A stretch of DNA of 62,139 bases, counting the filler. It is 4 parts of 4 records of this genome, joined end to end, with 100 filler letters (N's around TTAATTAATTAA, not from the genome) between each part and the next. Parts side by side here need not be neighbours in the genome. Positions count along the whole stretch, not along the records: positions 25,083 to 40,656 come from SRR31156797_13521; 3 more parts are not named here. One strand, written 5' to 3'. Position numbers and translations under genes: made by a program. The notes under the pieces were generated by a model. That model was given only the letters and a program-made list of their open reading frames with translations. It ran no database searches and was not told where the DNA came from. Below are positions 26,824 through 34,450 of the stretch, one piece after another (position 1 is the stretch's first letter; each line of letters begins with the position of its first letter).

Positions 26824-27258
26824 TTAAAAAATAACAAGGTCTTCAACGTCCTCAATACTTAAACCTTCTAATAGCTCTTTATTTTCATTAAAATCATCAA
26901 AAATAGGAGCATTATCTTCCTCCAAAAGAAAATCAACAATGTCAGACTCTTCAAAATTTGAAGCTAAATAATCTAATGATATATCCTGTTCAATTGTAAC
27001 AATTTGTGCAGTTTGTGTTTGATCCTTCATAAAATAGGGCACATTATAATAAACCAAGGCAGCCAAAATAAATATAGCTGCTAAAGATAACCATGGTTTG
27101 GCAACCATTATTATTTTTTTTCTTAGCGGTTGTTCTTCGGCAATGATGTTTTCCATTATTTTGTCTTCCAAAGAATCAAAGTATCCCTCCGGAACATCAA
27201 ATCCACTTTTATTGCCCTCTTTTTTAATTTTGTTTAATATGTCAAATTCTTCTTTCAT
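26824..27258 (-). CDS. putative single-TM anti-sigma factor
   Basis: FDVPEGYFD motif, one TM, acidic C-terminus; follows the ECF sigma. Confidence 0.7.
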   Translation of the reverse strand: MKEEFDILNKIKKEGNKSGFDVPEGYFDSLEDKIMENIIAEEQPLRKKIIMVAKPWLSLAAIFILAALVYYNVPYFMKDQTQTAQIVTIEQDISLDYLASNFEESDIVDFLLEEDNAPIFDDFNENKELLEGLSIEDVEDLVIF

Positions 27259-27325
27259 TGTTCAAATAAAATAGAAAATAAACCAGATTGTCCAAGAAAT
27301 ATTCAATAAATACCACTCTTATTTA

Positions 27326-27353
27326 TTTGATAACTTTCATACTAAATGGTTTA
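27326..27353 (-). promoter_or_regulatory. ECF-type promoter TAAACC-N15-TATCAAA
   Basis: Same spacing and motif as the element at 27958-27985. Confidence 0.5.
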
Positions 27354-27370
27354 AAATAGAAATAAATAAT

Positions 27371-27931
27371 TTATTCTAAATTGTTTTTCAAGTATGTTTC
27401 AATTTTTTTCGCTGCATGATGATATGATGCTTTTAATGACCCAACAGAAGTTTCTGTTATTTCTGCAATCTCCTGATATTTCATCTCCTCAAAATATTTT
27501 AAATTAAAGATAACTCTTTGCTTTTCCGGCAAAGTGGCTATGGCTTGCTGTAGTTTCAATTGTAGCTCATTTCCATCAAAATAAGGATCACTTTGTAATG
27601 TATCAGCCACATAAGAGTTCTCATCATCTATCGCATATTGATTTACTCTTTTTTTCTTTTTTAATAAAGATAGTGCCTCATTAGTAGCAATACGGTATAA
27701 CCAGGTATACAATGCTGAGTTTCCTTGAAAACTATTAAGGTTTTGCCAAACTTTAATAAAACAGTTTTGCAGAGCATCATCAGCATCATCATGTGTTAAA
27801 ACTATTTTTCTAATGTGCCAATATAAACGCTCTTTATATCGACTCATCAATAACTTAAAGGCCTTTTGTTCGTTGCTTTTCGTTTTAAAGAGCTCAACAA
27901 TTTTAATATCCGAAACTTCCTGATTGGTCAT
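27371..27931 (-). CDS. ECF-family RNA polymerase sigma factor
   Basis: DADDALQ, LYTWLYRIATN (region 2); LPEKQR...YQEIAEITETSVGSLKASYHHA (region 4). Confidence 0.95.
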   Translation of the reverse strand: MTNQEVSDIKIVELFKTKSNEQKAFKLLMSRYKERLYWHIRKIVLTHDDADDALQNCFIKVWQNLNSFQGNSALYTWLYRIATNEALSLLKKKKRVNQYAIDDENSYVADTLQSDPYFDGNELQLKLQQAIATLPEKQRVIFNLKYFEEMKYQEIAEITETSVGSLKASYHHAAKKIETYLKNNLE

Positions 27932-27957
27932 TCACTTAAAATCTAATCAATGTTGTC

Positions 27958-27985
27958 TTTGACGCATAAATTTTAAAAAGGTTTA
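27958..27985 (-). promoter_or_regulatory. ECF-type promoter TAAACC-N15-CGTCAAA
   Basis: AAAC (-35) and CGTC (-10) pattern typical of ECF promoters, 27 nt upstream of the sigma ATG. Confidence 0.6.
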
Positions 27986-28109
27986 ATTCGATTACAATCT
28001 TTTTTATTTTCAGATTGCATAATATTATAAGCAAAGTATAAATATTCAAATAATAAGGAAGGCTTTTAACGATGTGAATTTAAATTTTTATCAACCCAAA
28101 AATAAAATG

Positions 28110-28117
28110 TACTTTTG
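28110..28117 (+). promoter_or_regulatory. Bacteroidota -7 promoter element (TAnnTTTG)
   Basis: TACTTTTG upstream of ychF. Confidence 0.65.
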
Positions 28118-28159
28118 CACAAATTTTCGACAATTCTGTGACACTGAAATAAATAAAAA

Positions 28160-29260
28160 ATGGCATTACAATGTGGAATAGTAGGTTTGCCTAACGTTGG
28201 TAAATCAACATTATTTAATTGTTTATCGAATGCAAAAGCGCAGTCGGCAAACTTTCCTTTCTGTACAATAGAACCTAACGTAGGCGTTATTACTGTACCG
28301 GATGAGCGATTAATTAAGTTAGAGGAATTGGTTAATCCTCAAAAGGTTGTACCAACTACAGTTGAAATTGTAGATATAGCTGGTTTAGTAAAAGGAGCTA
28401 GTAAGGGTGAAGGTTTAGGAAATAAGTTCTTATCCAATATACGCGAAACAGATGCCATTATTCATGTACTAAGGTGTTTTGATAATGATAATGTAACGCA
28501 TGTTGATGGATCTGTAGATCCGGTCAGAGATAAAGAAGTTATTGATATGGAGCTTCAAATGAAAGATTTGGAGACTGTTGAAACACGATTGCAAAAATCA
28601 GAAAAAGCTGCAAAATCATCTAAAGATCAAGAACTGAAAAAGATGGTTGAGGCTTTATATTTGTATAAAGAAGCGCTAGAAGCTGGTAAATCGGCAAGAA
28701 CAGTTGAATTAACAGAGGCACAGGAAAAAGCCACCAAAGATTTATGGTTGCTTACCAATAAGCCGGTTTTATATGTTTGTAATGTTGATGAAGGATCTGT
28801 AATTGATGGGAATAATCATGTAGAAGCAGTGAAAGCCGCTGTGGCCGATGAAAATGCTGAAGTGCTAATTATTGCAGCGCAGACAGAAGCTGATATTGCA
28901 GAATTAGAAACTTTTGAAGAGCGTCAAATGTTTTTAGAAGACTTAGGTCTAAAAGAATCAGGTGTTGCTAAATTAATTAGATCGGCATATAAACTACTTC
29001 AATTAGAAACCTATTTCACAGCAGGAGTAAAAGAGGTAAGAGCCTGGACGTACCCCAAAGGTGCTGTTGCTCCACAAGCAGCAGGTGTAATTCATACTGA
29101 TTTTGAAAAGGGTTTTATTCGTGCAGAGGTTATTAAATACGCAGATTTTGTTAACTATAAATCTGAATTAGCCTGTAAAGAAGCTGGTAAAATGAGCATT
29201 GAAGGTAAAGAATATGTGGTTCAGGATGGTGATATCATGCATTTTAGATTTAATGTTTAA
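28160..29260 (+). CDS. ychF: ribosome-binding ATPase YchF
   Basis: GIVGLPNVGKST, NFPFCTIEPN, DIAGLVKGASKGEGLGNKFL, C-terminal HFRFNV. Confidence 0.98.
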   Translation: MALQCGIVGLPNVGKSTLFNCLSNAKAQSANFPFCTIEPNVGVITVPDERLIKLEELVNPQKVVPTTVEIVDIAGLVKGASKGEGLGNKFLSNIRETDAIIHVLRCFDNDNVTHVDGSVDPVRDKEVIDMELQMKDLETVETRLQKSEKAAKSSKDQELKKMVEALYLYKEALEAGKSARTVELTEAQEKATKDLWLLTNKPVLYVCNVDEGSVIDGNNHVEAVKAAVADENAEVLIIAAQTEADIAELETFEERQMFLEDLGLKESGVAKLIRSAYKLLQLETYFTAGVKEVRAWTYPKGAVAPQAAGVIHTDFEKGFIRAEVIKYADFVNYKSELACKEAGKMSIEGKEYVVQDGDIMHFRFNV

Positions 29261-29285
29261 GAGATACTAATCATATGATTATTTG

Positions 29286-29312
29286 AAAAGCCGGTTTATG
29301 CCGGCTTTTTTT
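29286..29312 (+). terminator. intrinsic terminator
   Basis: AAAAGCCGG-tttatg-CCGGCTTTTTTT. Confidence 0.85.
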
Positions 29313-29403
29313 GGCCTTGGATCATTTGTTCGATAATAATAATTCAAAATATTTAACTTCGTATATGCAACTCAATAGCTTAGTTGAGCGTTAATACTAG
29401 GTA

Positions 29404-30006
29404 ATGAATATTTATAAATACATAGGAATATTACTATTTATAACGCTCTCGTATACCCTTTCTGGTCAGTCGAGAGACAGTATTCAATCGCCCATAAAAT
29501 ACTTAGAAAAGAAGCTGATTGGAGATGATACTTTACCCCATATATCGATTGATGAAGTTCAAGTTGTCCCACCCTGGCGGTTTACAAGCAGACGCCAACG
29601 AAAGCGGTATAGTCGTTTAGTAGTTAATATTAAGAAAACATTGCCCTACGCTCGTTTGGCAAAAAGAAGATTGGCTGAAATAGAGGCTGCTTTGGATACC
29701 ATTAAAGGCGAAAGAAAAAAGAAAGAATTCGTTAAGGCTGCAGAAAAAGATTTATTCGAAGAATTCGAGAAACCATTGCGCAAACTTACTTTTTCTCAAG
29801 GTAGGATGCTTATTAAGTTAATAGATCGCGAAACCGGAGATACCAGCTATGAGTTAATAAAAGATCTAAAAGGTGGTTTTTCCGCTTTTATGTGGCAGAC
29901 TGTTGCCAGACTTTTCGGATCAAACCTAAAATCAGAATATGATCAAAATGGTGATGATGCCATGATTGAGCATATAATTTTAAAGATAGATAACGGTTTG
30001 CTGTAA
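29404..30006 (+). CDS. DUF4294 family protein
   Basis: Signal peptide; RLVVNIKKTLPYA, QGRMLIKLIDRETG, WQTVARLFG. Confidence 0.8.
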   Translation: MNIYKYIGILLFITLSYTLSGQSRDSIQSPIKYLEKKLIGDDTLPHISIDEVQVVPPWRFTSRRQRKRYSRLVVNIKKTLPYARLAKRRLAEIEAALDTIKGERKKKEFVKAAEKDLFEEFEKPLRKLTFSQGRMLIKLIDRETGDTSYELIKDLKGGFSAFMWQTVARLFGSNLKSEYDQNGDDAMIEHIILKIDNGLL

Positions 30007-30009
30007 TAT

Positions 30010-30744
30010 TTAAATAGCATTGTTTGCTAATTTAGAAAGCTCCTCAATAAGTTTTTTCATATTAGCGGAGGCCAGAGGGATATCGATATCCGACAATAAA
30101 ATTTGGTTTTTCTCTTTGTTTATTTCTGTAATATAGTTCAGATTGACGATGCTAGAGCGATGTGTTCTGAAAAAGTGATTAGGAGGTAAATTCTCTTCAA
30201 TACTTCCTAATGTTCGAGATACATATAGAGGTTCACCACTTGTTTTGTAAATTTTACAATAGTTTCCGTCGGCAATAATCGCTTTAATTTCGTTATAAGA
30301 AACAATGTGAACTCCTTTTTGGTGGTTTACTAGTAATTTACATGTGTTGTACGCATTGTCATTTACGGCATCTCCGGAAGGTTTTTTCTTAAGGTTTATT
30401 TTTAAAACAGCATCTACAATTTGTTTAGGTTTAATTGGTTTTAATAAATAACCAGAAGCTCCCAATCCAACTGCATCGATGGCAAAATGTTGGTGAGCCG
30501 TAATAAAAATGACATCAAAACTGATACTGTCAAAATAATCAAATAATTCAAGACCTGATTGGTGAGGCATGGAGATATCCAAAAAAACAATGTCTGGATT
30601 TACCTTTTTAATTAAAGAAACTCCATCCGAAAGATTGTCACATGAGGCTTTGATTTCAATAACATCATGAAGGTACATTTCCAATATTTTCTCAATACTC
30701 TGCCTTGCTGACACTTCGTCATCAATTATTATCGCCTTAAGCAT
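30010..30744 (-). CDS. LytTR-family response regulator
   Basis: IIDDE, FLDISMP, FITAH, YLLKP; LytTR motifs ADGNYC and FFRTHRSSIVN. Confidence 0.93.
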   Translation of the reverse strand: MLKAIIIDDEVSARQSIEKILEMYLHDVIEIKASCDNLSDGVSLIKKVNPDIVFLDISMPHQSGLELFDYFDSISFDVIFITAHQHFAIDAVGLGASGYLLKPIKPKQIVDAVLKINLKKKPSGDAVNDNAYNTCKLLVNHQKGVHIVSYNEIKAIIADGNYCKIYKTSGEPLYVSRTLGSIEENLPPNHFFRTHRSSIVNLNYITEINKEKNQILLSDIDIPLASANMKKLIEELSKLANNAI

Positions 30745-30817
30745 ATTTTTATTCTGGGTGTTAATATTTGAACAGTGTGAATTTAATTAAATAAATTAGT
30801 TAATCATAAACAAAAAT

Positions 30818-30848
30818 CACTTCGTTTGTAAAACACTACATCTCATTT
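30818..30848 (+). promoter_or_regulatory. imperfect direct repeat with 21-bp period, candidate LytTR site
   Basis: CACTTCGTTT (30818) and CATCTCATTT (30839). Confidence 0.45.
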
Positions 30849-30945
30849 AAAAAATATGGGGTTTTACTAAGTCATTAAGTTTTGAGGTTTATTAGGTAAA
30901 ATGTTTTTATAATCTTTGCATTTAAACCATTATAACTTTTAAATC

Positions 30946-31071
30946 ATGACACGTTATTTTACAGACTTAAAACTAAAATCTATTATTCAAAACTGGGCTC
31001 TGCCAAATATTATTTTAACATTTCAGTTTATTATAGTTTTTATGGTAATTCTCTTATGGATTATTCATTAG
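30946..31071 (+). CDS. 41-aa single-TM small protein (not in ORF track)
   Basis: MTRYFTDLKLKSIIQNWALPNIILTFQFIIVFMVILLWIIH*; near-consensus -7 element AATCTTTG at 30911-30918; A-rich start context. Confidence 0.5.
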   Translation: MTRYFTDLKLKSIIQNWALPNIILTFQFIIVFMVILLWIIH

Positions 31072-31725
31072 TTATATCATTTTAAATAATTGCGCTATTG
31101 CATTATTTATTCCTTCCTCAATTTGACTAATTCTTGCATCTAACATATAGCATGGAGAGGTGATTATTTTATTTTCTTTATCAATGATAATTTCTCCATG
31201 GCTTGTTTTTGTATGTTGAGCTCCTAAGGAAATTATATCATTGCTTGTGTTTTGATCAGCTCCAATAGTAAGGCTTGTATTCTTTATTGTTTTAGCAATC
31301 AAAACAGGAGCAATACATAAAGCAACAATTGGTTTCTGTGCCTTGTGAAACGTACCAATTTTTTGAGACAATTCTTCGTTTAATTGTAATTGATCGCCTT
31401 TAAATGCATAATCGGATAGATTCTTTGCAGCACCAAATCCTCCTGGTATAACAAGTGCATCATACTCTTCTGCAATTAAATCTGAAAGTGGTTTAATATT
31501 ACCTCTGGCGATTCGTGCCGATTCTATAAGTACATTTCTTGTTTCTGTCATTTCTTCACCAGTTATATGGTTGATAACATGATGTTGATTAATGTTAGGA
31601 GCGAAACATTGGTACTGAGCATCATTTTTATCAATAGCTAAAAGCGTTAAGGTTGATTCATGAATTTCAGAACCATCATAAACGCCACATCCTGATAGTA
31701 TTACTGCAATTTTTTTTGAAGCCAT
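31072..31725 (-). CDS. elbB: glyoxalase ElbB (DJ-1/PfpI-like, ES1 family)
   Basis: LSGCGVYDGSEIHE, ESARIARG, PGGFGAAKNLS, LCIAP, SPCYM. Confidence 0.95.
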   Translation of the reverse strand: MASKKIAVILSGCGVYDGSEIHESTLTLLAIDKNDAQYQCFAPNINQHHVINHITGEEMTETRNVLIESARIARGNIKPLSDLIAEEYDALVIPGGFGAAKNLSDYAFKGDQLQLNEELSQKIGTFHKAQKPIVALCIAPVLIAKTIKNTSLTIGADQNTSNDIISLGAQHTKTSHGEIIIDKENKIITSPCYMLDARISQIEEGINNAIAQLFKMI

Positions 31726-31728
31726 ATC

Positions 31729-33540
31729 TTATTTTTTTTCTAATTCTAATATTATGGAAGATTTAGGGTCTAGTAATATATTCTTTAGATCACGAAAAAC
31801 CTTACCACTTATAGGATCCTTAGCGAAGTTAAATTTATCGGCTAAAAGTCCGCAATCATTTAAATTTACCTTCTGTAATTTATTATTGTTATTAAATAAA
31901 ACTACAACAGACTCTGTTTTATTGTATTTGTGTACAGCATATAATCCTTGGTAGGGGAGAAAGTGATTTGTGTTTCCATTGATAATAGAAATAGAGCTTT
32001 TTCTCCAAAATGCAAGTTTTGTGAAATAGTTTCTTAGATCAAGTTGTTGGTCATTAAGCTTATCTTTATTAAAAGCAAAATCAGTTCTCACATAATCAAC
32101 TCCACGTCTATTAGAGCCTTCTAACATGGATTCACTTCCGTATAGAATAGAAGGAATACCACGACTAGTCATTAAATATGTCAAATACATTTTTGTGATT
32201 GAAGGGTCTCTATCAGCTACATCAAAAATTCTACTAAGACTATTGTTATCAATGAAGACGATTTGATTGTTGGTACTTTGATAATTAAAATCGGAACCTT
32301 GGTTTTGATAGAGGTTTTGTGCAGCTGTGTGTCCATCAATATATTGCGAAAAAGAATTTGTAGCGGTATAGGCTTTAGGATATTCATAACTATATGCCAT
32401 TTTACCTAAGTTCAACGATTTTAAAAAACACGCTAATTGATCCGGGTATTTCGTATCGAAATCCAAGATAATGGGTAATTCCGGATATTCTTTTTTGATG
32501 ATACTTACAAACTTTCTAATAAAACCGGGATTGTTGAATTGAGTTTTTTCAATTTTAATGGCATCAGGTTTACATTGCTTAACCCACCATATTGAATTCT
32601 GAATTAAATATTTTGATGCTATAGCTGATTCTTGATTAATTAGTATGTTATTAGGGTAGTGATGGTAGAATGAACTTTTAATAAAATCATAGTTCATATA
32701 AGGATCGCACAGATTTATATTGTTTGCTTCAACAGTTTCTTTTAATGGATAATCATAAGTCCAGTCATCAAAAAGTTTCTTTCCGAATAAATTATGATTG
32801 ATACTTGTTTGATGGAGAACTAAAGACAATATGCTTTTTAAATTATTTTGTTGACATTGTTTGTTTAGCTCTTCTATATTGCCAAAAGTTCCTAGTCGGG
32901 TATCAATAGCATAATGATCGGTTATTTCGTCGTGGTAATAGGAATTGGAAATTTGGTTAGATTGATACAAAGGAGAAAGTTCAATTGCTGTTGCACCTAT
33001 CGACATTATATATTTTAGTTCATTTATTATGCCTTGAATATCTCCGCCATGAATTCCTGATATGTTATTTGAATTAGGAATCTCAAAATACCCGTCAGGT
33101 TTGTTGTTTTTGGCGCTACCGTCCGAAAAACGATCAATAACAATTTGATAAATCAAATCCGAAGGTATTAGTTTTTTAATGCTTCCTAATGAAGATTTGG
33201 CATTCAACGTAATTGAAATAGATTCTTGTAACTTGCCTGATTGGTATATATTTACTGGAATATTTCCCGGAGCAGTACTTTCTGAAATTGTAATGTCCAG
33301 AAATACAATATTGTTTCTTTGTGTAGTTATAATCTTATTTAGTTTAACACCGGGATAATCAACCTTAATAAATGATTGAGCAACTTTACTACCTTCAATA
33401 GCTACAAGAATGTTATTATATTCCATTCCCACCCACCAGTTTTTTGGTGCGTAGTTAAAAACAACTTTCTTTGCATCGGTTAATTGATGAAAGAATAAGA
33501 TTATTACAAAAAAAAATAGTTTTTTTATCGATCTACTCAT
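31729..33540 (-). CDS. secreted GH13 cyclomaltodextrinase/SusA-like protein with degenerate active site
   Basis: Signal peptide; PKNWWVGM N-domain, IYQIVIDRFSDG, HGGDIQGI, RGIPSILYGSE; catalytic motifs altered. Confidence 0.8.
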   Translation of the reverse strand: MSRSIKKLFFFVIILFFHQLTDAKKVVFNYAPKNWWVGMEYNNILVAIEGSKVAQSFIKVDYPGVKLNKIITTQRNNIVFLDITISESTAPGNIPVNIYQSGKLQESISITLNAKSSLGSIKKLIPSDLIYQIVIDRFSDGSAKNNKPDGYFEIPNSNNISGIHGGDIQGIINELKYIMSIGATAIELSPLYQSNQISNSYYHDEITDHYAIDTRLGTFGNIEELNKQCQQNNLKSILSLVLHQTSINHNLFGKKLFDDWTYDYPLKETVEANNINLCDPYMNYDFIKSSFYHHYPNNILINQESAIASKYLIQNSIWWVKQCKPDAIKIEKTQFNNPGFIRKFVSIIKKEYPELPIILDFDTKYPDQLACFLKSLNLGKMAYSYEYPKAYTATNSFSQYIDGHTAAQNLYQNQGSDFNYQSTNNQIVFIDNNSLSRIFDVADRDPSITKMYLTYLMTSRGIPSILYGSESMLEGSNRRGVDYVRTDFAFNKDKLNDQQLDLRNYFTKLAFWRKSSISIINGNTNHFLPYQGLYAVHKYNKTESVVVLFNNNNKLQKVNLNDCGLLADKFNFAKDPISGKVFRDLKNILLDPKSSIILELEKK

Positions 33541-33924
33541 ATCTGCTCTTTACTTGGTGCAAGTTTATAAAAAAAAATGATTTTTACAGGAGCACATGTA
33601 CGCAGAGACATTTTTGTGTACAATAGAGCTAGCTCAAAATGTTAATTATTCGGTACATTACATTCTAAATTTAGGTAAAAATGTGTCATATTGTTCAAAA
33701 TACTACCACAAATGTTTCATTAAGTATTTTTAACTTGTCATGAGAGCTATTTTTTAATAGTTTTATGTCGAATTCATTATTTAGTATAGGGCAAATTTTA
33801 TTTTAATGAATTCAGGTTGATGAAATAAAGGCCACATTTTTATTTGTAATTTAAATTTAATGCAATTTATTTCAGTAACTATTGAGAGTAGATTTTCGGA
33901 TTTTTTATGATTAAAATTAAGGAC

Positions 33925-34056
33925 ATGTTTAGGAAGACGGAGGATAATACCGTTAGGTTGAAGAGAAAGATTTTTTGGTTCTTTGTTATCGAAGTACTTT
34001 TGGTAATAGCTTTATTAGGGTTTACTTTCTTTTTAATCACAGTAGTTTTAAACTAA
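33925..34056 (+). CDS. 43-aa single-TM small protein (not in ORF track; alternative in-frame ATG at 33907)
   Basis: MFRKTEDNTVRLKRKIFWFFVIEVLLVIALLGFTFFLITVVLN*. Confidence 0.45.
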   Translation: MFRKTEDNTVRLKRKIFWFFVIEVLLVIALLGFTFFLITVVLN

Positions 34057-34058
34057 AA

Positions 34059-34448
34059 CTACAATTGCTTTAGGAACAGCGATTTTTTAAAAAGAATTTT
34101 TCCATCCAGCCAAGTTGTTAAAATCCATTCACCTTTTTTATCGTGAATGGGTTCCCAAATTGTATCTCCAAGAAAGAATTCATAATCATTTGATTTAACA
34201 AAGTATTCACCAGTAAATGGTGGGGCTGGATGACCATGTTCATTAAGAAACGGTGGGTGATCGATCCTAAACTGAATACGCTTTCCTTTAGCGCCTTTTA
34301 TTTTTACTACATAACCAAATTCTATATCAAGTTCCAAAGGTATTTCTGTTGTTATTTTCTGGAGTTTAGGTAAGGCTTTTGAAGATCTATCCCATTGGGA
34401 GTAAATGCCGTAACTATATAATTCTGAGTCTATCTTCTTTTTTGCCAT
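34059..34448 (-). CDS. DUF3859 family protein
   Basis: YGIYSQWD, EFGYVVKIKGAKG, HPPF, FFLGDTIWEP...GEW. Confidence 0.75.
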   Translation of the reverse strand: MAKKKIDSELYSYGIYSQWDRSSKALPKLQKITTEIPLELDIEFGYVVKIKGAKGKRIQFRIDHPPFLNEHGHPAPPFTGEYFVKSNDYEFFLGDTIWEPIHDKKGEWILTTWLDGKILFKKSLFLKQL

Positions 34449-34450
34449 TT

